Shown: piece by piece, positions 11,265-22,400 of the stretch
Numbering within the stretch: position 1 is the first letter of the stretch
Layout: each line of letters begins with the position of its first letter
Source: Wolbachia endosymbiont of Cimex lectularius
GTDB taxonomy: Bacteria; Pseudomonadota; Alphaproteobacteria; Rickettsiales; Anaplasmataceae
Length of the DNA: 32,000 nucleotides
Assembly: GCF_000829315.1 (NCBI RefSeq)
Contig: NZ_AP013028.1
Span: forward strand, 210,001-242,000
Direction of reading: 5' to 3'
The notes under the pieces: generated by a model
The model's input: the letters and a program-made list of their open reading frames with translations, nothing else
The model's database searches: none
What the model was told of the DNA's origin: nothing
Translations under genes and position numbers: made by a program

Positions 11265-11678
11265 ATGTTTGTTCCCAAAAAGAGTAAATATAGAAAGGTG
11301 TTTAAAGGGAGAATTAAGGGTAATGCAAAAGGTGGTAGCACACTATCTTTTGGCGATTACGGTTTAAAAGCTATAGAAGCAGGTAGAATTCAGTCTAAGC
11401 ATATTGAGACTGTGAGGCGTGTGATATCCAGAACGTTGAAACGTTCTGGTAAAGTGTGGATAAGAATTTTTCCTGATACTCCTGTTAGTAAAAAGCCAGC
11501 AGATGTACGGATGGGTAAAGGAAAAGGTAGTGTTGAATTTTGGGTATTTAAAGCTAAGCCTGGTAGGGTGTTGTTTGAGATTAGTAGTGATGTTCCCATG
11601 CATTTAGCAAGATTGGCGCTTGAAAAAGCAATTGCCAAGCTTCCTGTAAAATGTAAATTTATATCTAATCATAGTTGA
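11265..11678 (+). CDS. rplP: 50S ribosomal protein L16
   Basis: [19 protein letters not shown]...[24 protein letters not shown]. Confidence 0.97.
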   Translation: MFVPKKSKYRKVFKGRIKGNAKGGSTLSFGDYGLKAIEAGRIQSKHIETVRRVISRTLKRSGKVWIRIFPDTPVSKKPADVRMGKGKGSVEFWVFKAKPGRVLFEISSDVPMHLARLALEKAIAKLPVKCKFISNHS

Positions 11679-11689
11679 ACGGAGTTATG

Positions 11690-11893
11690 ATGGATATAGC
11701 TGATATTAGATCAAAATCCTCGCAAGAGTTGCATGAAATTCTTGTAAATTTGAGGAAAGAGTTTGTTAATTTAGTTTTTCAGAAGAAATTAGGACAGTGT
11801 AGTAATATTTTGCGTTTTGGCTTGATAAGAAAGAACATAGCTCGTATTTTAACTATATTAAATGAAAGAAGAATAGAGGAAGAGAATGCCTAA
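11690..11893 (+). CDS. rpmC: 50S ribosomal protein L29
   Basis: In-frame ATG with GGAG 5-9 nt upstream; MDIADIRSKSSQELHEILVNLRKEFVNLVFQKKLGQ. The track start at 11675 is probably too early. Confidence 0.88.
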   Translation: MDIADIRSKSSQELHEILVNLRKEFVNLVFQKKLGQCSNILRFGLIRKNIARILTILNERRIEEENA

Positions 11894-12119
11894 GAAGATT
11901 TTTTGTGGTGTTGTAACTAAAGCTGAGTGCGAAAAAACTGTAAAGGTTTCAGTATTGCGGGTATATAAGGATAAACTTTATAAAAAAGTTATAAAAAAAC
12001 ATAAAAAGTATACAGCACATGATGAGAATAATAGTTGCAAAGAAGGAGATAGGGTTTTTATACAAGAACACAAGCCTGTTTCTGCTACTAAAAAATGGGT
12101 TGTTGTGCAAGTTGAGTAA
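11886..12119 (+). CDS. rpsQ: 30S ribosomal protein S17
   Basis: MPKKIFCGVVTKAECEKTVKVSVLR...HDENNSCKEGDRVFIQEHKPVSATKKWVV. Confidence 0.94.
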   Translation: MPKKIFCGVVTKAECEKTVKVSVLRVYKDKLYKKVIKKHKKYTAHDENNSCKEGDRVFIQEHKPVSATKKWVVVQVE

Positions 12120-12128
12120 GGTGCTTAT

Positions 12129-12488
12129 ATGATTCAAAAAAATACGTTGTTAGAAGTAGCTGATAATTCTGGTGCACGTGAAGTGCTTTGTATTGGCTTG
12201 TTGGGCGGAAGGAAGTCTGCGTCTATAGGTGATACAATTATTGTGTCTACTAAATCTATCAACCCGAAAGGGAAGGTCGAGAAGGGAAAAGTATATAGAG
12301 CAGTTGTTGTTAGAGTGAGAAATCGTATTAGAAAGTCTGATAACTCTGTAATTTGTTTTTCTAGCAATGCTGTAGTTTTAGTTAATAATCAAGGTGAGCC
12401 GCTTGGTACTCGAGTGTTTGGCCCGGTGAAGAAATTGCCATCTGGTTCTTTTATGAAAATAATGTCATTAGCTGTTGAGGTTTTATAA
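12129..12488 (+). CDS. rplN: 50S ribosomal protein L14
   Basis: [27 protein letters not shown]. Confidence 0.97.
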   Translation: MIQKNTLLEVADNSGAREVLCIGLLGGRKSASIGDTIIVSTKSINPKGKVEKGKVYRAVVVRVRNRIRKSDNSVICFSSNAVVLVNNQGEPLGTRVFGPVKKLPSGSFMKIMSLAVEVL

Positions 12489-12805
12489 TGAGTGTAAAAA
12501 TAAGAAGTGGTGATGACGTTATAGTTTTAACTGGCAGGGATAGAAGAAAAGTTGGTAAAGTAATCAAAATTATCACACGTGATGCTAAAAAAAAGGCTAT
12601 TGTTTCTGGAGTGAATGTGCATAAGAAACATACTAAACCGAAAGCTGGTAGTAGTGGCGGTATACTAAATAAAGAGTTAGCTATTGATATATCTAACATT
12701 GCAATATTAGATCCTAAGTATAAAGCTCCAACTAGAGTAGGGTTTAAGATTATAGATGGTAAAAAAGTGCGTTTTGCAAAAGTTTCTGGGGAAGTAATAG
12801 ACTAG
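12488..12805 (+). CDS. rplX: 50S ribosomal protein L24
   Basis: [25 protein letters not shown] (KOW motif). Confidence 0.95.
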   Translation: MSVKIRSGDDVIVLTGRDRRKVGKVIKIITRDAKKKAIVSGVNVHKKHTKPKAGSSGGILNKELAIDISNIAILDPKYKAPTRVGFKIIDGKKVRFAKVSGEVID

Positions 12806-12811
12806 GTTAAT

Positions 12812-13345
12812 ATGTTTAAAGAATTGTACAGAGATAATATAGTAAAATCCTTGAAGGACAAGTTTAACTACGGCAACATGATGCAAGTACCTAAGCTTGT
12901 CAAGGTATGTATTAATATGGGTGTTGGAAATGCTGCTATGGACAGTAAAGCAATAAATGAGCCGCTTGATGATCTATATTTAATTGCAGGGCAAAAGCCT
13001 ATATCAACGTTTGCAAAAAAATCCATTTCTGGTTTTAAGATAAGAAAAGGCGCTACAGTAGGTTGTAAAGTAACTTTGCGTAGAGATAAAATGTATGAAT
13101 TTTTAGAAAGATTGATATATGTTGCTTTACCGAGAGAAAAAGATTTTAGAGGATTTAGTGTAAAGCAATTTGACGGTAATGGTAATTTTTCCTTTGGTAT
13201 AAAGGAACATATCTCATTTTTAGAAATAGATTACGATAAAATAAGTAGGATTAGAGGTATGGATATCAATATTATAACAAGTACGACTAGTGATAAAGAA
13301 GCAAAAGAGTTATTGCTAGCTTTTAGGTTTCCCTTTTTTGATTAA
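12812..13345 (+). CDS. rplE: 50S ribosomal protein L5
   Basis: [23 protein letters not shown]...[17 protein letters not shown]. Confidence 0.95.
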   Translation: MFKELYRDNIVKSLKDKFNYGNMMQVPKLVKVCINMGVGNAAMDSKAINEPLDDLYLIAGQKPISTFAKKSISGFKIRKGATVGCKVTLRRDKMYEFLERLIYVALPREKDFRGFSVKQFDGNGNFSFGIKEHISFLEIDYDKISRIRGMDINIITSTTSDKEAKELLLAFRFPFFD

Positions 13346-13361
13346 TTAAGAGAAGAGGTAT

Positions 13362-13670
13362 ATGGCAAAAAAATCTATGATACAAAGAAATCTTCGTAGG
13401 ATAAAATTGCACGATCAATATGAAGAGAAAAGAAAAAAGTTGAAATCTATAATAAATAATAGGAATATACCCATAAGTGAGAGGTTTGCAGCTCAAAATA
13501 AGCTGATTAAAGAGTTGCCTAGAGATTCTTCTCAAATCAGAATTAGAAATAGGTGCGCTTTAACAGGGAGGCCAAGAGGGGTATATAGAAAATTTGGTTT
13601 ATGTAGGATTGTTTTGCGTGATTTATGTTCTTTTGGAAAAATTCCAGGGGTTACGAAGTCTAGTTGGTAA
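13362..13670 (+). CDS. rpsN: 30S ribosomal protein S14
   Basis: [27 protein letters not shown]; non-zinc S14 type. Confidence 0.96.
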   Translation: MAKKSMIQRNLRRIKLHDQYEEKRKKLKSIINNRNIPISERFAAQNKLIKELPRDSSQIRIRNRCALTGRPRGVYRKFGLCRIVLRDLCSFGKIPGVTKSSW

Positions 13671-13689
13671 TATAATATAGGAGTATATT

Positions 13690-14085
13690 GTGGCGTTATC
13701 TGATAGTATTGGTGATTTTTTGACGAGGATACGTAATGCTCAATTGGCAATGCACAGGACAACAAGAGTTCTGTTTTCTAAGGTAAATTCTTCTATACTG
13801 AAAATCTTAAAGGATGAAGGATATATCCTTGATTACCAGAAAGAAGTTATAGGCAATGTGCCATCTTTTATCGTAAAATTGAAGTATTATGAGAAGTCAC
13901 CTGTAATTAGTGATATAGTTAGAGTATCAAAACCTGGTTGTCGTCGTTATTCTAGGTGCAGGGACATTGCTAAGGCATATAATGGACTTGGTATTTTTAT
14001 TATATCTACGTCTAAAGGAGTGATGACTGATTACAATGCACATAAATTGAAAGTTGGTGGAGAAGTTTTGTGTCGTGTATTTTAA
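13690..14085 (+). CDS. rpsH: 30S ribosomal protein S8
   Basis: [19 protein letters not shown]...[33 protein letters not shown]. Confidence 0.96.
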   Translation: MALSDSIGDFLTRIRNAQLAMHRTTRVLFSKVNSSILKILKDEGYILDYQKEVIGNVPSFIVKLKYYEKSPVISDIVRVSKPGCRRYSRCRDIAKAYNGLGIFIISTSKGVMTDYNAHKLKVGGEVLCRVF

Positions 14086-14101
14086 GTAGTAGGAGGAGTT
14101 T

Positions 14102-14647
14102 ATGTCTCGTATAGGTGCTGCGCCTATCAATATTCCTGCTGGTGTTTCAGTTGAGTATAATGATGGTAAAATGTTAATAAAAAGTGCCAAGGTGGAAAAA
14201 GAACTTAGGCTATGCAGTGATGTTGTATGCCATGTTGTTGATAATCAGTTGCTGCTTTCTGTTGATCAAGGCAAGGATAATTATAATGAGATAAAGCCTA
14301 TATGGGGTACTTATAGGAGTAATATTAATAATATCATTAACGGCATGGTTAATGGTTTCTCTGTTGATCTTGAAATTAATGGTGTTGGATATAAAGCAGA
14401 GTGTGATGGTAAATGTTTGACTTTATATCTTGGCTATAGCCATAATGTTAAGTATAAAGTACCTAAGGATGTTGAGATTAAGTGTGTAAAACCAACTCAC
14501 TTAGTAGTGAGTGGTATAGATAGGCAAAAAGTCTATGTGGTAGCATCCGATATATGCAAAATTAGAAAATACGACCCTTATAAAGGTAAGGGTATTGTAA
14601 TAAAAAACAAATTTATGTTGCGTAAAGTTGTAAGTAAAAAGAAGTAA
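14102..14647 (+). CDS. rplF: 50S ribosomal protein L6
   Basis: MSRIGAAPINIPAGVSVEY...; GVGYKAECDGKCLTLYLGYSH. Confidence 0.95.
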   Translation: MSRIGAAPINIPAGVSVEYNDGKMLIKSAKVEKELRLCSDVVCHVVDNQLLLSVDQGKDNYNEIKPIWGTYRSNINNIINGMVNGFSVDLEINGVGYKAECDGKCLTLYLGYSHNVKYKVPKDVEIKCVKPTHLVVSGIDRQKVYVVASDICKIRKYDPYKGKGIVIKNKFMLRKVVSKKK

Positions 14648-14652
14648 TTAAG

Positions 14653-15024
14653 ATGAGAAGGTTGTATAATTTTTTAAGTAATTCTGAAAAAAGGAAATTA
14701 CGTAATAGAAAGAAGCTCAATAACGGCGCTAAGCGTTTACGTATATCCATATTCAAGTCCAATAGGCATTTTTATGCTCAGTTAATCAATGACGAAAAAG
14801 GAGTGACTCTCACCTCTGCTTCTACTTTGGATGCTAAAATTAGGGGTGTATGTAAAGGTAGGGTCAACGCTGAAACTGTAAAACAGGTTTCTTCTTTAAT
14901 GGTTGAACGTCTATCTGATATGAAATTAGGGCAAGAGTTGGTGTTTGACCGTGGAGCATGTAAGTACACAGGGTTGGTTTCTCAATTTGCTGAGGCTTTA
15001 AGAAGTTCTGGATTTAAGTTTTAG
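14653..15024 (+). CDS. rplR: 50S ribosomal protein L18
   Basis: KRLRISIFKSNRHFYAQLINDEKGVTLTSAST; operon position. Confidence 0.94.
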   Translation: MRRLYNFLSNSEKRKLRNRKKLNNGAKRLRISIFKSNRHFYAQLINDEKGVTLTSASTLDAKIRGVCKGRVNAETVKQVSSLMVERLSDMKLGQELVFDRGACKYTGLVSQFAEALRSSGFKF

Positions 15025-15036
15025 AAGGTTTTAAAT

Positions 15037-15549
15037 ATGGCTGTAAAAAATTTACAAAATAACAACGATTTATCAGAGCTTTTAGTTTCAGTACGAAGAG
15101 TGACAACAGTTACCAAAGGTGGTAGAAGATTTTCATTTTCAATTTTGGTCGTTGTTGGAGACGAGAAGAGTAGGGTAGGATGCGGAATGGGCAAACACGC
15201 AGAGGTTGCTGAAGCAAGGATAAAAGCTGTAAATGCTGCAAAAAAATCGATGATTAGAGTGTACTTGCGTGAAGGTAGAACTTTGCATCATGATATTAAA
15301 GCTAAATTTTGCTCTGGTGAAATAGTTTTAAGAGCAGCTAGAGCTGGAACAGGTATTATTGCCGGTGGAGCGATTAGGTCGGTTTTTGAAGTGCTAGGCA
15401 TAAAAGATGTAGTAGCTAAGTCTACGAGATCAAACAATCCTCATAATGTTATATGTGCAGTGTTTAGAGCTTTTGATAATATGTTATCTCCTCGTCAAGT
15501 GGCAAGCAAAAGGGGCAAAAAGATTAGCGAGATAGTTGGAAATAGGTAA
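15037..15549 (+). CDS. rpsE: 30S ribosomal protein S5
   Basis: [38 protein letters not shown]. Confidence 0.97.
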   Translation: MAVKNLQNNNDLSELLVSVRRVTTVTKGGRRFSFSILVVVGDEKSRVGCGMGKHAEVAEARIKAVNAAKKSMIRVYLREGRTLHHDIKAKFCSGEIVLRAARAGTGIIAGGAIRSVFEVLGIKDVVAKSTRSNNPHNVICAVFRAFDNMLSPRQVASKRGKKISEIVGNR

Positions 15550-15552
15550 AGT

Positions 15553-16023
15553 ATGAATAATGCTATAAAATTAAACTCTATATTTACTAAGTTATCGAAA
15601 AAAAAGAAGCCTAAGTTGCTAGGTAGAGGTATTGGTTGTGGTAAAGGTAAAACATCTGGTAGGGGACATAAAGGGCAAAAGGCTAGAAGTGGCGTTTCCA
15701 TAAATGGATTTGAAGGCGGACAACAGTCTATATATACTCGTTTACCTAAAAGAGGTTTTAACCCTATACGTAGGAATATATGCTTCATAATTAATGTCGG
15801 TGATGTACAGCGTTTAATAGAAACTAAGAAAATAGTAAAAGATTCTGTTATAGACAAAGAGGTGCTGTGTAAACTAGGTTTCATAAAGTCTGTCAAGGAT
15901 AAAATCAAGCTTCTTAATAAAGGTAAGCTGACTGAGAGGTGTGTATTTCACGTTAATTGTGCGTCAGAAGCTGCAAAAAAATCTGTAGCTTCAGTTGGTG
16001 GTAGTGTGGAAATACTATCATAA
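15553..16023 (+). CDS. rplO: 50S ribosomal protein L15
   Basis: RGIGCGKGKTSGRGHKGQKARSG. Confidence 0.95.
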   Translation: MNNAIKLNSIFTKLSKKKKPKLLGRGIGCGKGKTSGRGHKGQKARSGVSINGFEGGQQSIYTRLPKRGFNPIRRNICFIINVGDVQRLIETKKIVKDSVIDKEVLCKLGFIKSVKDKIKLLNKGKLTERCVFHVNCASEAAKKSVASVGGSVEILS

Positions 16024-17355
16024 ATGATGAGCAGCAAATCCGCATTTAATAGTTTGGATCCTGCATTATTATATAAAGGCGATTTATTGAAGCGTATGTT
16101 TTTTACGCTAATCGCTTTAATTTGTTATCGTCTAGGTACTTATGTGCCTATTCCTGGAATTAACCTTGATATAATTAATGATATATTCCCTAAAGAAGGT
16201 TCTGGTGTTTTTGGAGTATTTAATTTATTTTCTGGTGGTGCATTAGCTAGGATGACAATCTTAGCACTAAGTGTTATGCCATACATAGTTGCATCTATAG
16301 TTATGCAGTTATTATCTTCTGCCATCAAAGGAATTAATGAAGTTAAAAATGATGGGGAATCAGGACGTCGAAAGATGAATTCCTACATACGGTATATGAC
16401 TATAGTGTTTTGTGTATTTCAATCGATTACTATTTTAATCGGATTAGAAAAAATGAATAGGGAAGGGGCATTAATTGTAATCGAACCTGGTCTTATGTTT
16501 CGTACAGTAGGTGTTTTCAGCCTTTTAGGTGGAACTATGTTTCTAATATGGCTTGGTGAGCAAATTAGTGCTAATGGTATAGGTAATGGTATCTCATTAA
16601 TTATTTTTACTGGCATAATATCAGAGCTACATAGTGCTTTTTCATCTCTGTTAACATTGAATAAAAACGGTAGCATATCGTTATTTATTATCCTTCTTAT
16701 TTTGGCGGTGTTTTTTTTGCTGTTGCTTTTGGTTATTTTTGTAGAGTCTTCTTATAGAAAAGTCATTGTTCAGTATCCTAAAAAGCAGTTTAAAAAATTA
16801 CATAATGACGATTTTACTTATATCCCATTAAAGATTAATTTATCTGGCGTAATACCAACTATTTTTGCTAATGCAATTTTACTTACACCTATTTCAATTG
16901 CGAATTTCTATAAGGGATATGCTTTTTCTGACTTTATTTTGAACTATTTTATGGCAAATAAAGTAGTTTATATTGTAGCTTACTTAGCGTTTATAATATT
17001 TTTTAACTTCTTCTACACCAATTTTATATTTAACCCAGAAGAAAATGCCGATTTTCTTAAAAAAAATGGTGGTTTTATACCTGGTAGAAGGCCTGGAAAA
17101 CATACTTCTGATTACCTTCAAGATATAGTTTTTAAATTGACGTTCATTGGCTCTACATATTTGGTGGTTATATGTGCTGTACCTGAAGTCATAAGGTATT
17201 ATTATGATATACCATTTATTTTTGGTGGAACGAGCTTATTGATTATAGTTAACGTTGTTACTGATACTATTATGCAAATACAGTCCTATATCTTTTCGAA
17301 TAGATATGATAGCTGGATAAAAAAATATGAGTCTAAAACGAGAAAATTAAGATGA
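16024..17355 (+). CDS. secY: Preprotein translocase subunit SecY
   Basis: 443-aa multi-TM protein, [12 protein letters not shown]...; [36 protein letters not shown]. Confidence 0.97.
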   Translation: MMSSKSAFNSLDPALLYKGDLLKRMFFTLIALICYRLGTYVPIPGINLDIINDIFPKEGSGVFGVFNLFSGGALARMTILALSVMPYIVASIVMQLLSSAIKGINEVKNDGESGRRKMNSYIRYMTIVFCVFQSITILIGLEKMNREGALIVIEPGLMFRTVGVFSLLGGTMFLIWLGEQISANGIGNGISLIIFTGIISELHSAFSSLLTLNKNGSISLFIILLILAVFFLLLLLVIFVESSYRKVIVQYPKKQFKKLHNDDFTYIPLKINLSGVIPTIFANAILLTPISIANFYKGYAFSDFILNYFMANKVVYIVAYLAFIIFFNFFYTNFIFNPEENADFLKKNGGFIPGRRPGKHTSDYLQDIVFKLTFIGSTYLVVICAVPEVIRYYYDIPFIFGGTSLLIIVNVVTDTIMQIQSYIFSNRYDSWIKKYESKTRKLR

Positions 17356-18002
17356 TTATTACAATTTTTGGTCCTCCTGGCTCCGGTAAAGGCACTCAAT
17401 CGAGTCTGCTAATAGCAAAGTATAACTTAAAGCTAATTTCAGTAGGGAATTTATTGAGAAATATTATATCTAGCAACAGCGAATTAGGTAAAAAAATAAA
17501 GGATACCGTAGAATCCGGTAATTTGATTCAAGATAAAGTTATATGTGAGTTATTACGTGACCAGCTTGCACTGGTAGATGATAATTTTTTGTTGGATGGT
17601 TTTCCGAGAAATTTAAATCAAGCTCGTTTCTTAACTCAAACCTTGCTGGAGAGATATAATAGAGATGTGGATATTGTTATTGAGTTACAGCTTGATGATA
17701 AGATTGCGGTTAATAGGTTAAAGAGTCGCCTTGTGTGTTTAGACTGCAAAAGTGTATACAGTGTATCTTCTCTTAAGAATGATGACGGTCTTGTTTGTAT
17801 GAAATGTAAAAGTACAAGGCTAGAAAGGAGAATTGATGATTCTGACTTATCCGCAATTAATAGAAGAATAAGTGAATATCACATCCAAATAAAGAGTTTA
17901 CGTGAATATTATAAAGACAAATTGTTAACGATCAATGCTAATCTTAATGTTGATCAGGTAAGACAAGAGATCGAAAACAAAATTTCTTGCAATTTAGTTT
18001 GA
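17352..18002 (+). CDS. adk: Adenylate kinase
   Basis: [35 protein letters not shown]; [10 protein letters not shown]; zinc-lid type CLDCKS...CMKCKS. Confidence 0.96.
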   Translation: MIITIFGPPGSGKGTQSSLLIAKYNLKLISVGNLLRNIISSNSELGKKIKDTVESGNLIQDKVICELLRDQLALVDDNFLLDGFPRNLNQARFLTQTLLERYNRDVDIVIELQLDDKIAVNRLKSRLVCLDCKSVYSVSSLKNDDGLVCMKCKSTRLERRIDDSDLSAINRRISEYHIQIKSLREYYKDKLLTINANLNVDQVRQEIENKISCNLV

Positions 18003-18061
18003 CTCTGGATTGTTTTATGGTATAAATTAAGAGTTATTATTAATAAAGTATCGGAGTACCA

Positions 18062-18430
18062 GTGGCACGTATTGCGGGTGTAAATGTTCCAGTAAAGAAA
18101 TGTGTTCCTTTTGCATTAACTTATATATATGGTATAGGTATTGCTACTGCAAACACAATTTGTCATGCTAGTGAAATTGATAAGAGCAAACGTGTTTCGG
18201 AATTACAAGATAAAGACATAGAAAAGATCAGCAGTTTCATTAGGCAGAATTATTCTATAGAAGGTGAGCTGAGAAAAGAAGTGGCTATGAATATAAAGTT
18301 TTTAGTGGAAATGGGATGCTATAGAGGAATGAGACACAGAAAAGGTTTGCCTGTAAGAGGGCAAAGGACTCATACCAATGCTAAAACTCGTAAAGGTAGA
18401 TCTCGTTTGCCTATTGCTGGAAAAAAATAA
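18062..18430 (+). CDS. rpsM: 30S ribosomal protein S13
   Basis: GTG start; [13 protein letters not shown]...[28 protein letters not shown]. Confidence 0.97.
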   Translation: MARIAGVNVPVKKCVPFALTYIYGIGIATANTICHASEIDKSKRVSELQDKDIEKISSFIRQNYSIEGELRKEVAMNIKFLVEMGCYRGMRHRKGLPVRGQRTHTNAKTRKGRSRLPIAGKK

Positions 18431-18454
18431 GATTTGTTATTATTGTAAATTTTA

Positions 18455-18841
18455 ATGAAAAAGGTCAGAACAGTTGGTAAAAGTGCAAAAAAGTTTGTTA
18501 CTGGAGTTGTCCATATTCGTGCAACTTTTAATAATACCTTTATAAATGTAACTGACGTTCAGGGTAACACCCTATACCAAACGTCTGTAGGTGCACATGG
18601 TTTCTCAGGTTCAAGGAAATCTACACCTTATGCTGCAGGTAAAGCTTCGGAGTCTGCTGCAAAGGTTGCAGTAGAAAGGTTTGGTATGAAAGTTGTTTCT
18701 GTGGTAATTCGTGGCCCTGGTTTTGGGGCTGAAGCTGCGGTTAAGGCACTTCAGGGATGTGGGTTCACAGTAACCTCAATTGCGGATAAGACTGCGATTC
18801 CTCATAATGGGTGCAGATTAAGAAAAAAAAGAAGAGTATAA
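18455..18841 (+). CDS. rpsK: 30S ribosomal protein S11
   Basis: [24 protein letters not shown]...[20 protein letters not shown]. Confidence 0.97.
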   Translation: MKKVRTVGKSAKKFVTGVVHIRATFNNTFINVTDVQGNTLYQTSVGAHGFSGSRKSTPYAAGKASESAAKVAVERFGMKVVSVVIRGPGFGAEAAVKALQGCGFTVTSIADKTAIPHNGCRLRKKRRV

Positions 18842-18862
18842 AATATTTGAAAAGGTTATTTT

Positions 18863-19930
18863 ATGTATTATAACGATAGTGTTTCTATTTTTAGCAACTT
18901 AGATAAATTGACTAGGCCTAATTCAATGAAGGTAGTGCCAGGTGATTCAAGTGAAAAAGGCGATATAGTACTGGAACCATTGGAGAGTGGTTTTGCTTTA
19001 ACACTTGGTAATGCATTAAGGCGTGTGATGCTATCTTCTCTTATAGGTAGTGCTGTTTATGGAATAAAAATCGAGGGCATAACTCATGAGTTTACTTCAA
19101 TTCAAGGAGTAAGAGAAGATGTAACTGATATAATATTAAATATGAGTATGTTGAGGTGTAAGTTGAATGGCACTTCCAATAAATGCTTGAGTTTAAGTGC
19201 TAAAGGACCTTGTCAGGTATCGGCTGGGATGATAGAAACTGATGATCAGTGTTCTATTGTTAATAAAGATCTGCTGATATGTACACTTGGGCAGAATGTG
19301 GAGCTCAACATGACTATATATGCGGCTAGTGGAAAAGGCTACCTTCCTGTCGCTAAATATAAGGAAAACGAATTTTTGAAGTTAATGAATGAGCAAGATC
19401 TAATAGGGTTCATTCCGGTTAATGCTTTATATAGTCCTGTCAATAGAGTTTCATATAAGGTGGAGAATAGTCGTGTTGGTCAAGTTACTGATAAGAATAA
19501 GTTGATATTATCAGTTGAGACTGATGGTACAATTTCTCCAAGTCAAGCTGTTGACTCTGCTGCAAGGATATTACAGGAACAACTTCAGCCTTTTATTAGC
19601 TCTGACGTAAGTTATAAAAAATCGCAGGCTTCCTCATCTAATGGTTATAGGGATTTGGGTTACGACCCTATCTTATTGTGCAAAATGGACGAGATGGAGC
19701 TGTCTGTTAGGTCACATAATTGCTTGAAAAATGAAAATATCACTTATATAGGTGATCTTGTACAAAGAACAGAAAGTGAAATGCTAAGAACTGCTAATTT
19801 TGGTAGAAAGTCCTTGAATGAGATTAAGGCAGTTTTAAATAATTTCGGCTTGTCTTTGGGTATGGATGTTCCAAATTGGCCACCTAAAGACATAGATGAA
19901 TTGGCTAGACAACATACTGATGAAGATTAG
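18863..19930 (+). CDS. rpoA: DNA-directed RNA polymerase subunit alpha
   Basis: [28 protein letters not shown]; C-terminal domain [24 protein letters not shown]. Confidence 0.98.
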   Translation: MYYNDSVSIFSNLDKLTRPNSMKVVPGDSSEKGDIVLEPLESGFALTLGNALRRVMLSSLIGSAVYGIKIEGITHEFTSIQGVREDVTDIILNMSMLRCKLNGTSNKCLSLSAKGPCQVSAGMIETDDQCSIVNKDLLICTLGQNVELNMTIYAASGKGYLPVAKYKENEFLKLMNEQDLIGFIPVNALYSPVNRVSYKVENSRVGQVTDKNKLILSVETDGTISPSQAVDSAARILQEQLQPFISSDVSYKKSQASSSNGYRDLGYDPILLCKMDEMELSVRSHNCLKNENITYIGDLVQRTESEMLRTANFGRKSLNEIKAVLNNFGLSLGMDVPNWPPKDIDELARQHTDED

Positions 19931-19937
19931 GTAATAT

Positions 19938-20366
19938 ATGAAACATGGAATGAAAAAGCGCAAGCTGTCTCGTCACACTGAACATAGGTTGTCGATGTTG
20001 AAGAACCTATCTATCTCATTAATTAACCATGAGCAGATTATAACTACTCTACCAAAAGCTAAAGAACTTCGTCCGTATATGGAAAAATTTATTACAATTG
20101 CTAAGAATAAGAATACTTTACACGGTAGAAGACTTTTGCTTTCACGCCTTCATAATAATAGGTTAGCAGTTGATAAGTTATTAAACGTTTTAGCTGTTCG
20201 TTATCAAAATCGTAAAGGTGGGTATTCTAGGATAATAAAGTTTAACATTCGAAAGGGTGATTGTGCTTCAATGGCAGTGATAGAACTAATTGATAGGGAT
20301 GTTACAGCAAAAGGTAAGGTTTATAGCAAAAATAAAGAAGAAAATAAAGTAGTTACAAAAAGTTAA
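19938..20366 (+). CDS. rplQ: 50S ribosomal protein L17
   Basis: MKHGMKKRKLSRHTEHRLSMLKNLSISLINHEQIITTLPKAKELRPYMEK. Confidence 0.96.
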   Translation: MKHGMKKRKLSRHTEHRLSMLKNLSISLINHEQIITTLPKAKELRPYMEKFITIAKNKNTLHGRRLLLSRLHNNRLAVDKLLNVLAVRYQNRKGGYSRIIKFNIRKGDCASMAVIELIDRDVTAKGKVYSKNKEENKVVTKS

Positions 20367-20389
20367 TTATTATCATAATTTTTTTTCTT

Positions 20390-20752
20390 ATGATAAATAA
20401 GTTACACTATCTTATAGGTTATTTTGGTGAGTTATTAACTTTAATATATTTAAAGTTAAAGTGGTATAATGTTATAAAGCACCGTTATCGTTGTAGGTTA
20501 GGTGAAGTTGACTTAATTGTATCTAAAAAAAAAGAATTGATTTTTATAGAAGTTAAAACAAGCTTACTTGGAAAAGAAATACCGATATCTTCTCTTCAAT
20601 ATCAGTCCATTGTAAATTCCTCTAAATATTTTCTAAGTAAAAACCTTAGTTTTTTAGATTATTCGGTTAGGTATGATTTATGTTTTCTTTCCTTAAAAAA
20701 AGGACCTGTCTATATAAAAAATGCTTGGATTGAAGAGAAATCCCAATGGTAA
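20390..20752 (+). CDS. UPF0102 / YraN-family putative endonuclease-fold protein
   Basis: YFGELLTLIYLKLKWYNVIKHRYRCRLGEVDLIVSKKKELIFIEVKT; GE(V)DLI...FIEVKT pattern of the YraN family. Confidence 0.82.
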   Translation: MINKLHYLIGYFGELLTLIYLKLKWYNVIKHRYRCRLGEVDLIVSKKKELIFIEVKTSLLGKEIPISSLQYQSIVNSSKYFLSKNLSFLDYSVRYDLCFLSLKKGPVYIKNAWIEEKSQW

Positions 20753-20830
20753 ATTAAAAAGTTTCCTCACGATTAAAGGTGTAGCGAATTTATTATGTAT
20801 CTTGTTTGATAACGAAAATTGATATAACCT

Positions 20831-21232
20831 TTATGCTTAAGAAATTTACCAAATGGAGAAAAAAGCAAAAGAAACCCCATGGTAGCTAGTTATTTACTTT
20901 TGTGTCGAAATGTTGGCGTTTTCTTATCCTAAACGCTTAATAAGTGCGACTTAGTTGCTTTTTAATGCAACTAACCTTAGCAATAAACATTTAAGAAATT
21001 CACTAAGCAGAAAAAAAGCAAAAGAAACCCCGAGTAGCTAGTTATTCACTATCTATCTTATGATATTGGCGTTTTTGATGTCTTAAACGACTTATAAGCG
21101 CGTTTGAGCTTGTATAGGTAAAAAAACAGAAGTTTTTTTGTCGTTTAATCTGCACAGACTGAAGATAAATAATAGCTTTAACTCTATAATAACAGGGTTG
21201 GCGAAGGTTGTCAAGTAGTTTTTTTTATTTCT
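20831..21232. repeat. Dispersed intergenic repeat block, copy 2 (two AAGAAATTTACCAA/AAGAAATTCACTAA subunits, end motif GTCAAGTAGTTTTTTTT)
   Basis: Shares ordered motifs with 1588-1970: ...AAAAGCAAAAGAAACCCC...TAGCTAGTTATT...TTGGCGTTTT...TAAACG...TTATAAGCGCGTTT...GGCGAAGGTTGTCAAGTA. Confidence 0.7.
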
Positions 21233-21383
21233 ATTGGGTAACATTTGCTTTCTGTGTATAATAGCTTAGGTTTTTCAAGATGATGAAAGGTAATGCAAGA
21301 AATTTAACCATGGGAGAAAATTAGGGCTTTTCAGTTTGATCTTTTGTTATAATAATTAAGACTTGTGTTCTTAACTAAAAACG

Positions 21384-22400
21384 ATGCTTAGAGGCTTTCT
21401 CTTGATTTTTATATTTACAGTGTTCATGCCGCTGTCAAACGCTGATGCGAGGAAATATATCAGAATTGTTGGGTCTTCAACTGTTTTTCCTTTTATCTCA
21501 TTTATAGCTGAGGATTTCAACCGTGTATTCTCCTTTAAAACTCCAGTTGTGGAATCAATAGGAAGTGGGCCAGGGTTCAAAATGTTTTGCTCAGGGACAG
21601 GGGAAGACACGCCAGATATTGCTGCTTCGTCTCGTTCTATAAAAAATGCAGAAAGGGAGCTATGTAAAAGGAATAAAGTTGATGAAATGATAGAGATCAT
21701 TATTGGCTATGATGGAGTTGTAATCGCAAATTCTAATCAAAGGCATAGATTTGACTTCTCAAAAAAGGATTTATTTGAAACTTTGTCTGCATATTCTCAA
21801 GAGAATGGTAAGCTGGTAAAAAATAATAAGAAGCTTTGGTCTGATGTAAGCCAGACCTTACCAAAAACAGAAATTGAAATTTATGGTCCACATCAAAATA
21901 CAGGTACGTACGAAACTTTGATTAATTCTATTATGCTCGATCAATACTCATGCATGAACTCAAGAATTTTCAAAGAGAATTATGAAAACCAGGAGGAAAG
22001 AAAGAAAGCTTGTAGCAGTATAAGGGACGATGGAAGGTATAAGGAAGTTGGGATTAATGAAAACATAATAATACAAAAGTTGAAAAGCAACAAGAATGCT
22101 TTGGGAATATTTAGTTTTAGTTTTTTGATGAGGAACCAGGATAAAATACAAGGAAGCACAATTGCAGGAATTGAGCCAACTTACGAAAATATATCATCGG
22201 GAAAATATATATTAGCAAGGCCTCTGTATCTTTATATAAAGAAAGAACACTTGAGTACTGTTGATGGATTAAGAGAGTTCATTAGAGAAGTTATCGATTC
22301 TATCAGTACTGAAGATGGGTACCTATCCAAGCTCGGTCTGATACCACTTTCAAGTGAAGACATAAAGAAAGTTTCAGCAAAAGTTCATGATATAGTGTAA
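21384..22400 (+). CDS. pstS: PstS-family phosphate ABC transporter substrate-binding protein
   Basis: Signal-like N-terminus then YIRIVGSSTVFPFISFIAEDFNR...VESIGSGPGFKMFC...DIAASSRSIKNAE; TTG start in the track. Confidence 0.82.
   Translation: MLRGFLLIFIFTVFMPLSNADARKYIRIVGSSTVFPFISFIAEDFNRVFSFKTPVVESIGSGPGFKMFCSGTGEDTPDIAASSRSIKNAERELCKRNKVDEMIEIIIGYDGVVIANSNQRHRFDFSKKDLFETLSAYSQENGKLVKNNKKLWSDVSQTLPKTEIEIYGPHQNTGTYETLINSIMLDQYSCMNSRIFKENYENQEERKKACSSIRDDGRYKEVGINENIIIQKLKSNKNALGIFSFSFLMRNQDKIQGSTIAGIEPTYENISSGKYILARPLYLYIKKEHLSTVDGLREFIREVIDSISTEDGYLSKLGLIPLSSEDIKKVSAKVHDIV

Noticed and set aside
21371-21700. 109-aa minus-strand ORF overlapping the pstS start
   Set aside because: Fully antisense to a well-supported gene.
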